In this document: positions 31,546 to 40,509 of the stretch, one piece after another | How positions within the stretch are numbered: position 1 is the stretch's first letter | How the letters are laid out: each line of letters starts with the position of its first letter | NCBI GenBank assembly: GCA_963662335.2 | Contig: CAXXVD010000005.1 | Span: 320,001 to 384,000, forward strand | Origin: Chloroflexota bacterium | Lineage (GTDB): Bacteria; Chloroflexota; UBA11872; VXOZ01 | Direction of reading: 5' to 3' | DNA: 64,000 nucleotides | Notes under the pieces: model-generated | What the model saw: only the letters and a program-made list of their open reading frames with translations | Told to the model about the DNA's origin: nothing | Database searches by the model: none | Translations under genes and position numbers: made by a program

Positions 31546-31742
31546 TGCAAAAGTCGTCAAGCAAGATTTAATGTACCGTTAACGATAATACTATGTCAAC
31601 CATTGCTCCGATTCTCTTTAACTTTTGACTCAACCGAAGTACGGGATGGCGCCGTGGCCGCCACTGGCAATGCGTCCCGCCCTCTCCACCAAAGCAAGCG
31701 TGCGCGCCAGTCATCCACTCCCGCCGGGCGGCGGGGCAAATC

Positions 31743-31771
31743 TTGACGACTGGCGCGCAACTTCATAGAAT
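31743..31771 (+). promoter_or_regulatory. sigma70 promoter of the ferredoxin gene
   Basis: TTGACG-N17-TAGAAT; overlapped by the right arm of a 12-bp inverted repeat (31701-31712/31748-31759). Confidence 0.7.
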
Positions 31772-31906
31772 TAAGGAAGAGGAGCCGTGTTTGTGGGCTC
31801 TTTGGCAATCTTGAGAGTTACCGACGCTCAGGGATGAGCGCTAGGCTCATACGGATGCGCCTGCGGTAAAGACCGGCGGCACTGTGGAAGGAATGGAAAC
31901 AGCCCG

Positions 31907-32152
31907 ATGACGTACGTGATTGCGGAACCCTGCATCGATATCAAAGACAACTCGTGCGTGGATGTCTGTCCGGTGGACTGCATCCACTCAGACGACGACG
32001 CGGCCCAGTTCTTCATCGATCCGGAAGAGTGCATCGAGTGCGGCGCCTGCGAGCCGGTCTGCCCGGTGACGGCTATCTTCTTCGAGGACGATCTGCCCGA
32101 CGAGTGGCGCAACTACATCCAGTTGAACGCCGACTTCTTCGCGGATCAATAG
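31907..32152 (+). CDS. fdxA: 7Fe ([3Fe-4S]/[4Fe-4S]) ferredoxin
   Basis: MTYVIAEPCIDIKDNSCVDVCPVDC...CIECGACEPVCP. Confidence 0.93.
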   Translation: MTYVIAEPCIDIKDNSCVDVCPVDCIHSDDDAAQFFIDPEECIECGACEPVCPVTAIFFEDDLPDEWRNYIQLNADFFADQ

Positions 32153-32187
32153 GCGCGGCGCGCGACAGCCACACGAGGGAATGAATA

Positions 32188-32248
32188 GAACGCACATCTC
32201 CCCGTTCATGCTTCGACGAAGTCGGCATGAACGGGGAGATGTGCGTTC
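32188..32248. terminator. 24-bp perfect hairpin between convergent genes (REP-derived, candidate bidirectional terminator)
   Basis: GAACGCACATCTCCCCGTTCATGC / GCATGAACGGGGAGATGTGCGTTC. Confidence 0.7.
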
Positions 32249-32269
32249 GAGTTCGAGGTCTGCTACCTG

Positions 32270-33514
32270 CTACTCGGCCTGAGCGTCCGCATACGCCGCC
32301 GCGAAATCCGAAGAGCCGTCGTCGTTCTCGATCTCCATACTCGACCCCTGCACGAAGCGCGGGTCGCGTGCCAGGTCGAAACCCTCTTGCAGGTCGTGCT
32401 CGTAACCCGCGTATACGCTGGCGGCGCCTTCCCCAATGTGCTCCGGCCAGTGGATGCGGAAGACCTGGCGCGGCCGCGGTGGCTTCCCGTCCACCCGGTA
32501 GCGCGCCACCGCCTCTTCATCCAGGCTCACGCCCAGGCCGGGGCCGTCGGGCACCGGCAGGTAGCCGCGTGCGACGGTGAACGACTCCGCGAGCAGGTCG
32601 TGCTCCCAGATGTGCATGCACGAAATCGCCGGCCACTGCGCGTGGGAGAGCACCGCGCCGAAGTGCGCCGACCAGGCGGTGGTCAGGCCCAGGCCCACCA
32701 ATTGCAGCCAGAACGGCTTGTTGGCGAGCGCGGCCGCCGTGCCCGCTTCCCTGACGCTTGCCGCGCTGCCGCCGACCACGAAGCCGTCGCACACGTCCGC
32801 GTGCAGCGCCGTCATGATCGGCGGCGTGCCGTAGTGCATGGCCAGCGGCCGCGGCACGTGCCGCCGGATCTGCACATTGCCGGCCACGTCGCCCTGGGGA
32901 ATCGGCGTCTCGATGATCGAGAGGTTTTCGTAGCGCAGCAGTGCTTGCAGCAACGGGATCGCCGTGCCCGCGTCCACCAACATGCTGTTGAAGTCAACGT
33001 CCAGGTGCACGGTGGGCGGAATTTCCGCCGCCACCGCCTGGAGTTGCGCGTGCACGTCGCGCCAGGGGCGGCCCTTGAGCTTGATGGACGTGTAGCCGCG
33101 GTCCAGCGCCTTGCGCGCCTGCGCCGCCCACTCGTCCGGCGCCATGTCCAGGCACCACCAGGAAATGGGAACCCGCGCGCGCACCTGCGCGCCCAAGAGC
33201 CGGTGCAGCGGGACGCCGGCAATCTTGCCGGCCAGGTCCCAGAGCGCCATTTCCGGCCCCGCGCCCAGCGCCGCGTCCCACAGGTGCCGGTGCGGGTCTG
33301 TGCCAATCAGCCGCTCTTTGAGATTGTCCGGCGGGCGGCCCCAGGTGTATTCCACCACGGTTTCGCCAATGCCGGTGAGGCCGGCATCGGTGTGAATGCG
33401 GCAGACCTCCACCAAGCGCCAATCCCCGCTCAGGCGCGTCATGTGCAGGTCGTGATGCTCGGTGAACGGCACCATGAGCAGGATTTGTTCCACGTCAGTA
33501 ATCGTTACGGCCAC
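32270..33514 (-). CDS. Mandelate racemase/muconate lactonizing enzyme (enolase superfamily)
   Basis: GLTGIGE, EMALWDLAGK, KLK, DFN, IETP, PDGPGLG; SD GAGGAGG before GTG 33514. Confidence 0.9.
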   Translation of the reverse strand: MAVTITDVEQILLMVPFTEHHDLHMTRLSGDWRLVEVCRIHTDAGLTGIGETVVEYTWGRPPDNLKERLIGTDPHRHLWDAALGAGPEMALWDLAGKIAGVPLHRLLGAQVRARVPISWWCLDMAPDEWAAQARKALDRGYTSIKLKGRPWRDVHAQLQAVAAEIPPTVHLDVDFNSMLVDAGTAIPLLQALLRYENLSIIETPIPQGDVAGNVQIRRHVPRPLAMHYGTPPIMTALHADVCDGFVVGGSAASVREAGTAAALANKPFWLQLVGLGLTTAWSAHFGAVLSHAQWPAISCMHIWEHDLLAESFTVARGYLPVPDGPGLGVSLDEEAVARYRVDGKPPRPRQVFRIHWPEHIGEGAASVYAGYEHDLQEGFDLARDPRFVQGSSMEIENDDGSSDFAAAYADAQAE

Positions 33515-33574
33515 GGCTTTCCTCCTCTGCTGTGTGCGCAATTCAGCACGAACGCTCGGTGTTAGAAGCCAGTG

Positions 33575-34093
33575 CTACTCAGCCCCGGACGCATCATCGT
33601 CGGCATCCCGCTTGGGGTAGTCGAAATCCAGCAGCGTGCCGCACTTCCGGTTTACATCCCGCCAGGACGACACGTCAAGCTCCAGGCGCGCCACGCCGCC
33701 CGGCGGCATTTCCCCAACGTGGGTAGTGGACAAGAGGTCGCTCAGCCCCGAAAAACCCGGATTGTGGCCCACCAGCGCCGCGTGTTCCACATCGTCGTCC
33801 AGGTTGCGCACGACGGCAAGCAGCCGGTCCGACGTGGCGTGGTAGATGTTCTCGTCATATGCGATGCGGGACTTGGGGTACCCAATCTGCTTGCCCAGCC
33901 GCCTGGCGGTGCTGCGCGCGCGTTTGGCGGGGCTGGACAGCAACACGTCCGGCATAAATCCTATTGCCGCCAAGCGCTTGCCCATCGCCGCGGCGTCGCG
34001 CTTGCCCCGCCGGTTCAGTGGGCGCGCGAAGTCCTCCGCCCCGGGCGCTTGCCAGCTTGACTTCGCGTGCCGGATTATGGTCAGCAGTTTCAT
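33575..34093 (-). CDS. sixA: SixA-type phosphohistidine phosphatase
   Basis: IRHAKS, RPLNRRG, SSPAKRA, VGHNP. Confidence 0.88.
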   Translation of the reverse strand: MKLLTIIRHAKSSWQAPGAEDFARPLNRRGKRDAAAMGKRLAAIGFMPDVLLSSPAKRARSTARRLGKQIGYPKSRIAYDENIYHATSDRLLAVVRNLDDDVEHAALVGHNPGFSGLSDLLSTTHVGEMPPGGVARLELDVSSWRDVNRKCGTLLDFDYPKRDADDDASGAE

Positions 34094-34102
34094 GTCAACC
34101 TC

Positions 34103-34636
34103 TCACAGCAGCAACTCGAAGATCTGCTTGCACTTGTCGTCCATGGCCTCGAAGTCGGGGATGTGAAAGCGATTCCCGTCGATGTCTATGATGAGTATCT
34201 CATTCTCTTTCGGCACGAGCACGGAGTCAAGCTCCCAGCGCATCACGAATTCGCGGACGCCGTGGTCCGTCTCCACCTCCCAGAACGACGTGCGCCACTC
34301 GTTGCGGTATTCGCGCACGGTGCGGATGCGGTAGACGCGATAGTAGGCCTCCAGCGCTTCAAAGAGAATACGCCGGGACTCCGCGTCAAGCTCGTTGGGG
34401 TTCTCGATGAGGCAGAACTCCTTGTCTTTCCCATCGAGGATTGACACGTACTGCTTAGACGTGAGCGGAAAGGCCCATACCGCCTTGCCCCGCAAGAGGC
34501 AGCGGTCGCCGGCGATTTCCGCCCGCAACTCGCCGCCCGGCCCCCGCAGCAGGCGGATTTGCGTAGGCTCCGTCGTGCCCGCGCCAATGTCGGCGACGCT
34601 CACCGGTTCCGCGTCGATGACGGCTATGTCTTCCAT
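34103..34636 (-). CDS. DUF1854-domain protein
   Basis: AFPLT...YVSI...E, WEVETDHG, DIDGNRF.IPD; typical partner of the adjacent ABC transporter. Confidence 0.8.
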   Translation of the reverse strand: MEDIAVIDAEPVSVADIGAGTTEPTQIRLLRGPGGELRAEIAGDRCLLRGKAVWAFPLTSKQYVSILDGKDKEFCLIENPNELDAESRRILFEALEAYYRVYRIRTVREYRNEWRTSFWEVETDHGVREFVMRWELDSVLVPKENEILIIDIDGNRFHIPDFEAMDDKCKQIFELLL

Positions 34637-34664
34637 CGTACAACCCTAAAGTCCCGCTTGTTTG

Positions 34665-36896
34665 TTACCGCTCCACCGCCCGCAGGCGGGAGACCGTGCG
34701 CTGCATCTCCACCAACTTGTGGTAGATCCCGCGCTTGGCCAGCAATTCGTCGTGAGTCCCCACCTCGGCGACCGCGCCTTCATCCAGGACGACCAACCGG
34801 TCGGCGTTGCGCAGCGTGGAGAGCCGGTGGGCAATGGCAAACGTCGTGCGCCCCTTAATCAGGCGGCTGATAGCCTGCTGGATGGCGAACTCCGTCTCCG
34901 TATCCACCGATGCCGTGGCTTCATCCAGAATGAGGATGCGCGGGTCTTTAAGCACGGCCCGCGCGATTGAAACGCGCTGCTTTTCGCCCACCGAGAGGCG
35001 GTTGCCGCGCTCGCCCACCAGCGTATCATAGCCCTCCGGCTTGGCGACGATGAAGTCGTGGGCGTTCGCCGCCCGCGCCGCGGCAATCACCTCCGGCACG
35101 TCCGCCGTGGGCTTGGCGTAGCGGATGTTCTCCAGGACCGTGCCGCTGAAGAGAAACGGCTCTTGCAGCACCACGCCGATCTGGTCGCGCAGGCAGGTCA
35201 ACTCGATGTCGCGAATGTCGTGGCCGTCGATGCGCACCGTGCCGTGGTCGGACTCGTAGAAGCGGCAGACCAGGTGCGCCAGCGTGCTCTTGCCGGCCCC
35301 CGACTTGCCTACCAGGCCGATCATCTCGCCGGGCTCCACCTGCAAGTCAATCTTCTTCAGCACCGGCTTGGTCTTGTCGTAGCCGAACGTAACCTCTTCG
35401 AATTCCACCTCGCCCCGCAGCGGCCGCATTTCCAGCTTGCCGGGCGCGGCGTAGGGTTCGGTGGGCGTATCCATCACGTCGAAGATGCGGTCCGCGCCCA
35501 CCAACGCCCGCGACATCCAGTTGTAGATGCGGTTGAACCACTGCAAGGGGCCGTAGAGCATCCAGAGAAACTGGATGAAGGCGATCAGGTCGCCCAACGA
35601 GAGAGAGTCGTTAAGCACGGCGCTGCCGCCAAAGAACCACGCGATGAAGATGCCGGAGCCGGTGACGAAGTTGAGAATGGCGAATGAGCTATCCCAGAAG
35701 CGCGCCTCGTGTACCGTGGCCCTGGCAACCGCTTCGTTGCGGCGGTCGAAGCGGTCGATCTCCGCCTCTTCCTGCGCAAAGGCTTTCGCGACGCGGATGC
35801 CCAAGAGCGATTCGTTGAGTTGGCCGTGCAAGAGCGCCCAATTCTGGGAGACCCGCGACCAGAGCACGCGCATGCGTTTTACCAACGCCGTCCCGCCCAG
35901 CACGACCAGCGGCACCGGTATCAGCACGACGAGCGTAACTTGCCAACTCATCAGAAGCAAGATGACGAGCACGCCCAAGAGCATGACGGTATTGACCACC
36001 AAATAGGGCGCGCCGTCGATGAGAAAGTAGTTGAGACTCTCCGTATCGCGCGTCACGAGCGACAGCAGCGGGCCTTGCCCTTTGCGGTTGTGGAACGTCA
36101 GCGACATGCGCTCCAGCACTTGGTAGAGTTGGGCGCGCATGTTGGCGATAACCCGTGTGCTCAACCACGAACCGACCCAACTGCCCGCGACTTCAAGCCC
36201 GCCGGTTGTAACGTGCGCGCCGACCAGCGCCGCCACGAGCAGGGCAAGCAAGCCAAAGTTCTCCCTGGGCACCAAGACATCGTCTACCATCGTCCGGGTT
36301 ATCAACGGGGGCGTGAGTTGGACCAGCGCCCGACCCAAGGTGGCGAGAACGAGTATTGCCGCCAGAGGCTTGTAGGGAGCAAGGTAGCTGGCAATGCGCA
36401 GCATCACCGCCATCTTGCGCACGCAGCGGGGGCAGTTGCGCTCTCGATCCGGCAGGAGCGCCTGGCAGCGTTGGCAGCGGGCGCGGGGAATGTCGGTGGT
36501 GACCGCGAACGGCTCGTCTTTGGCAAGTTGCTGGATGCCGCGCGCAATCTCCGTAAACTTGGCGGCCAGGGAACTGGAGTACTCGATGATGGGGGTGAAG
36601 TAGCCGTTCACCCGCACTTCCAGGCGTCCCCCGCCCACCAGCGCCTCCGCCCGCGCGTCGGAAATCTGCGAGAGTTCCAGGTTCACGGCCTCCGGGTCGA
36701 AGCCGTCCCCGTTGGTCCCCGGCTCCGGCTCGGACAACACGGCCACGCGGCGGTCGGTCACTACGATCCACCGCGTGCCAAAGCGGCCGTCGCGCCGGAT
36801 GTCCGACGTGGCGACGAGCAGCGTCTCTTCGCCGGGCGTCATCAAGCCGCGCCACTGGGCGACGACTTCAGGATAGGGTTGATCGAAGATAACCAT
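34665..36896 (-). CDS. ABC transporter fused permease/ATPase with N-terminal PH-like extension and CxxC..CxxC
   Basis: GKSGAGKS, LSVGEKQR, LDEAT, AHRL; hydrophobic TMD; CQRC...CPRC. Confidence 0.92.
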   Translation of the reverse strand: MVIFDQPYPEVVAQWRGLMTPGEETLLVATSDIRRDGRFGTRWIVVTDRRVAVLSEPEPGTNGDGFDPEAVNLELSQISDARAEALVGGGRLEVRVNGYFTPIIEYSSSLAAKFTEIARGIQQLAKDEPFAVTTDIPRARCQRCQALLPDRERNCPRCVRKMAVMLRIASYLAPYKPLAAILVLATLGRALVQLTPPLITRTMVDDVLVPRENFGLLALLVAALVGAHVTTGGLEVAGSWVGSWLSTRVIANMRAQLYQVLERMSLTFHNRKGQGPLLSLVTRDTESLNYFLIDGAPYLVVNTVMLLGVLVILLLMSWQVTLVVLIPVPLVVLGGTALVKRMRVLWSRVSQNWALLHGQLNESLLGIRVAKAFAQEEAEIDRFDRRNEAVARATVHEARFWDSSFAILNFVTGSGIFIAWFFGGSAVLNDSLSLGDLIAFIQFLWMLYGPLQWFNRIYNWMSRALVGADRIFDVMDTPTEPYAAPGKLEMRPLRGEVEFEEVTFGYDKTKPVLKKIDLQVEPGEMIGLVGKSGAGKSTLAHLVCRFYESDHGTVRIDGHDIRDIELTCLRDQIGVVLQEPFLFSGTVLENIRYAKPTADVPEVIAAARAANAHDFIVAKPEGYDTLVGERGNRLSVGEKQRVSIARAVLKDPRILILDEATASVDTETEFAIQQAISRLIKGRTTFAIAHRLSTLRNADRLVVLDEGAVAEVGTHDELLAKRGIYHKLVEMQRTVSRLRAVER

Positions 36897-37094
36897 CTAT
36901 GGTCTCACTCATGGTCAAATCGGCACTCGTTCCGCGCCGGGACGCCGGCACCGAGTGCCCGCGCACCGGGATTCCGCGCGAAGATGATTCGCTCCGGCGA
37001 AACCAAGGAGAGCGCCCACGGGCGGGGATGGAAACACGCGAGCGCAAGCGCGCGGGCAGGCGGTTCACGTGCGAACCGGCAGATCGCGGCCAAG

Positions 37095-38168
37095 CTACGA
37101 GAACGGCTGATACTTGCGCACGTTGGCATTGTGCTCTTCAAGCGTGCGGCTAAAGACGTGGGAGCCGTCGCCGGTCGCGACGAAGTAGTAGAAGTCGGTT
37201 GCCGCGGGCGCCGCCACCGCTTGCAACGAGCCGAGGCCGGGGTTGCAGATCGGCCCCGGCGGCAAGCCCACGAGCCGGTAGGTGTTGTAGGGAGAATCCA
37301 CTTCCAGGTCGTCGTAGGACAACAGGCGCTTCCACCATCTGCCCTCGGCCTCCTGATAGCCTAGCGCGTACTGTATGCTGGCGCACGCTCCAAGCGGCAT
37401 ATTGACGCGCAGGCGGTTGAAGAAGACGCCGGCAATAGTCGGACGCTCGGCAGCTACCATCGCTTCCCGTTCGATGATGGCGGCCAGCGTCACCGCCTCG
37501 TGCAGGGTGAGGCCGCTTGCGCGCAGGCCCTGGCCGACCGGGCCCGCAACCTGCCTCCCAAATTGATCGAGGAGCCTGCCAATGAAGTCGCCGGTGGTGG
37601 TCTCCGGCAGCACGCGATACGTATCGGGAAAGAGATAGCCCTCCAACGAGGCCCCGGCCGGCCGCTCCGCCAGAAAGTCGCGCGCGAATTCTTGCCCGCC
37701 GCCGGCCGTGAGCGCCAGGAACTGATTCCCGTCGAGCGTGCCCCGCGCTTGCAAGTAGGCGGCGATTTCCTCGCGCCGCCACCCTTCGATCAGTGTAAGC
37801 GACAGTTCCGCCGCATAGGCGCGCTGCAGCGCCTGGATGACGTCATCCACCTTCATATCGCGCCGCAGCACGTAATCGCCGGCTTGAAACGCGCCGTCCA
37901 CGCCCTGTTGCCTGGCCCGCAGCCGGAAGGCCAGGGCGCTGCGTATCACGCCCGCCTCCCGCAACTGTTCGGCGATTTGCGACGTGGTGCTCCCCGGCGC
38001 TATGGTGAGCGCCACTTCTCCGCCGGCGTCGGCGCTCCCGACTTCCGCGCCGCCGAGGGTAGCGTCCAACAGGCCGCAGCCGGCCGCGAGACCGGCGCCG
38101 GCCGCCGCTGCCAGTCCGCGCAGCACGGTTCGCCGGGCCACGCCCTCATCCGCGCCCTTCTGCACCAT
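37095..38168 (-). CDS. mltG: Endolytic transglycosylase MltG (YceG)
   Basis: LIEGWR, LEGYLFPDTY, AAIIEREA, SPYNTY, GLPPGPICNPG, YYFVA; SD GGAGGTGA before ATG 38168. Confidence 0.93.
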   Translation of the reverse strand: MVQKGADEGVARRTVLRGLAAAAGAGLAAGCGLLDATLGGAEVGSADAGGEVALTIAPGSTTSQIAEQLREAGVIRSALAFRLRARQQGVDGAFQAGDYVLRRDMKVDDVIQALQRAYAAELSLTLIEGWRREEIAAYLQARGTLDGNQFLALTAGGGQEFARDFLAERPAGASLEGYLFPDTYRVLPETTTGDFIGRLLDQFGRQVAGPVGQGLRASGLTLHEAVTLAAIIEREAMVAAERPTIAGVFFNRLRVNMPLGACASIQYALGYQEAEGRWWKRLLSYDDLEVDSPYNTYRLVGLPPGPICNPGLGSLQAVAAPAATDFYYFVATGDGSHVFSRTLEEHNANVRKYQPFS

Positions 38169-38613
38169 GGCCGCTCTCACCTCCGGCGCTGAGGCTTGGC
38201 TCACCCTCGCTCAGCGCGGCAAAGTACGATTCGAGAATTACCGCGGCGGCCGCGGCGTCGATTGACGGCTTGCGGCGCGCGCCGGTCGGACTCTCGCGCA
38301 GGCGTTCCGCCGCGATTACGGTGGAAAACCGCTCATCCCAGAATACCACAGGCACGTCCAGCAGCGCCTCCAGCCGTTCGCCCTCCGCCCGCACGCGTTT
38401 GCCCTGGTGATGCAACGCGCCGTCGAGACTCACCGGCAGGCCAATGACGAGCGCTTCCGCTTCGTGCGCGGCCAGCAATCGCCGCACCGCCGCGCCGTCG
38501 TGTTGCCACGAACGGCGGTAGATCGTCGCCACGGGGGTTGCGATACCGACGCCAGTCTCACCGCGCGCCACCCCGATGCGCCGCTTCCCCATATCGAGAC
38601 AGAGTACGCGCAT
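38146..38613 (-). CDS. ruvX: Holliday junction resolvase-like pre-16S rRNA nuclease YqgF
   Basis: LDMGKRRIGVA, VIGLP, DERFST, IDAAAAAVIL. Confidence 0.93.
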   Translation of the reverse strand: MRVLCLDMGKRRIGVARGETGVGIATPVATIYRRSWQHDGAAVRRLLAAHEAEALVIGLPVSLDGALHHQGKRVRAEGERLEALLDVPVVFWDERFSTVIAAERLRESPTGARRKPSIDAAAAAVILESYFAALSEGEPSLSAGGESGHGAEGRG

Positions 38614-38625
38614 GACTTCCCGTAA

Positions 38626-40236
38626 CTACCCTTCAGCCGCAAACTGAAGCGGTGATTGCACGTCAATCGCAATGCGGAACCACAAGCGCGGCATGCGCTC
38701 GTACCAATCGGGGCCCATTTCCAGTTCGAAGTCGCCCACCCCCGTCAACGCATCCAGGTACGCCTCCGCCTCCGCGCGCGTCACGTTAGTCAATTCGCGC
38801 CGCACCTTGCCCAAGTCCCACGTAGAGACCACGTCGCTCTGCGCCGTTAGCTTAAGTTGAAAGACGCCGTCGGCGAGTTCAACGGCCTCCGGCGTGCTGA
38901 GGCTCACGGTTTCGGGAACCAGCATGTATGAATCCAGTTGATTCTCCACGATTCTCGCCAGTATGAGCGGCGCAATCTCGGCAAGGTGCGTGTTCGAATA
39001 CGCCGTGCCGCGCAGTTTCATTCTCATGCGCAGCGTCACCTGCTCGGCTTCTTCGCCTACCTCCCGATCGTACGTCGCTTGCTCCACGATAACGTCCTCT
39101 TGCCAGGTTACCAGCGCATACTCCCGCGGATCGATCGACTCGCCGATCTTCTCGTACAGCCGCTGCCGCAGGGTATGGCGCAGTTGGTCGTAGAGTTGCA
39201 ACCGGTCCTGTTCGGTCACGAACGTGCTGGCGCGCATTCCACCGCCCAGAATTGGCGAGTCATTGTTCACTTCCAGGCGCTGGTTCAGCGATTGATCGTC
39301 GATGTGGGTTATGGCCCCGGCATCCACGTTGGCGCCGGGCCCGGAGTCCATTGCGACGATGCCAACGCGCCTCATACCGTAGGTGTCGCTGGCGCCGGAC
39401 GTGGGCGGAATCGTTAGATTATCCGCGGTCTCGAAGCGTCGGTTGTCATCGGTCAGCACCACTGTTCCCTTGGGCACGGAAACCGGCTGCGAGATGCGGT
39501 TGCGGAAGACCACGGAACCTTCCGCGCGTCCCACCGCTACGTCTCTCTTGCCGGTCGCGGCAACGGTCAACTCTTCCGTCTCTTCCAAGACCACCAATTT
39601 CGCCGGCATTTGGCCGGTAGCGGCATTGAAACGACTCACCTGCGGGTCGGCGATCAACTGCAATTCGGTCGTATACTGCTGTTGCACCGGCGTAAGCTCG
39701 ACCCTGGCGCTGGGCAGCACCAGATAGAGCACCCCCCAGATGCCGAAGAGCACGACTACGATGAGCGTGGCCCACGCGAGAACCCGCGCGAGCGAACGCT
39801 CCAATGGGGGCGGCGTTCTCCTGCCTCTTGGCTCCGCCAGACCGCTTCCCGGCTCTTTGCCGGGCGTGGTATGTATCGTCCGCTCCGCCGCCGGCAGCGC
39901 CTCCTTCTCACCGGCGGCCTTTGCCGTCCCCGCCGCCCCGCGCGACGGTTGCTCCTGCGCGTGCAGCGCCCCCAGCGACGCAACTACCCGGATGCCCAGG
40001 TCGTCCGCCATGGCGCGCGCGGCGCGGTCGCCGCAGACCAGGGTAAGTTCAAGCTCTTGTTGCGCCGCCTGGGCCTGCAGGTCGCGCAAGTTCTCACGGC
40101 TCTGCAGGGCCGGGCAGTTGTTGGCTACCAGCGCCCCGGAGGGCCCGGGCGCGCGTTGGAGTTTCTCGATGATGGCCGCGACATCATCACCGCGGCCGGC
40201 GTAGATGATACGGCTGCTTGAATAGGGGCGTGCCAT
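38626..40236 (-). CDS. Membrane-anchored baseplate J/gp47-like domain protein
   Basis: N-terminal cytoplasmic domain, single TM, ATG..A.G.V.F.N...VPKGT...F.T...A...G..AN...G.I...GG motifs. Confidence 0.75.
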   Translation of the reverse strand: MARPYSSSRIIYAGRGDDVAAIIEKLQRAPGPSGALVANNCPALQSRENLRDLQAQAAQQELELTLVCGDRAARAMADDLGIRVVASLGALHAQEQPSRGAAGTAKAAGEKEALPAAERTIHTTPGKEPGSGLAEPRGRRTPPPLERSLARVLAWATLIVVVLFGIWGVLYLVLPSARVELTPVQQQYTTELQLIADPQVSRFNAATGQMPAKLVVLEETEELTVAATGKRDVAVGRAEGSVVFRNRISQPVSVPKGTVVLTDDNRRFETADNLTIPPTSGASDTYGMRRVGIVAMDSGPGANVDAGAITHIDDQSLNQRLEVNNDSPILGGGMRASTFVTEQDRLQLYDQLRHTLRQRLYEKIGESIDPREYALVTWQEDVIVEQATYDREVGEEAEQVTLRMRMKLRGTAYSNTHLAEIAPLILARIVENQLDSYMLVPETVSLSTPEAVELADGVFQLKLTAQSDVVSTWDLGKVRRELTNVTRAEAEAYLDALTGVGDFELEMGPDWYERMPRLWFRIAIDVQSPLQFAAEG

Positions 40237-40415
40237 AGCGTAACGACGGGCAATTCGAGGAAGAGGGTGGCAGGATGCGCGGAAACATTCGGATTCCGCT
40301 TACACGTATACTATACCCGATTTGCAGTATCACGTACAGGATTGCGGGAGCGAGGGCGCCGGCGCGCCGCAGAACACCCAGGCAAAGCCAAACACCAAGC
40401 CACGCCGGCATAGGC

Positions 40416-40445
40416 TTGACGCTCTATCTGCCTGTTACCTATACT
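40416..40445 (+). promoter_or_regulatory. sigma70 promoter of solute-binding protein 1
   Basis: TTGACG-N18-TATACT. Confidence 0.65.
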
Positions 40446-40509
40446 GAACCCGTGACGAACGGAGAATGGCGCATTGGGGCGCTCGCCCCACGCACCGAGG
40501 AGGTACCTC

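Noticed and set aside
38626-40236. Prophage or contractile injection system
   Set aside because: Isolated baseplate-like gene with a TM helix among housekeeping genes; no other structural genes
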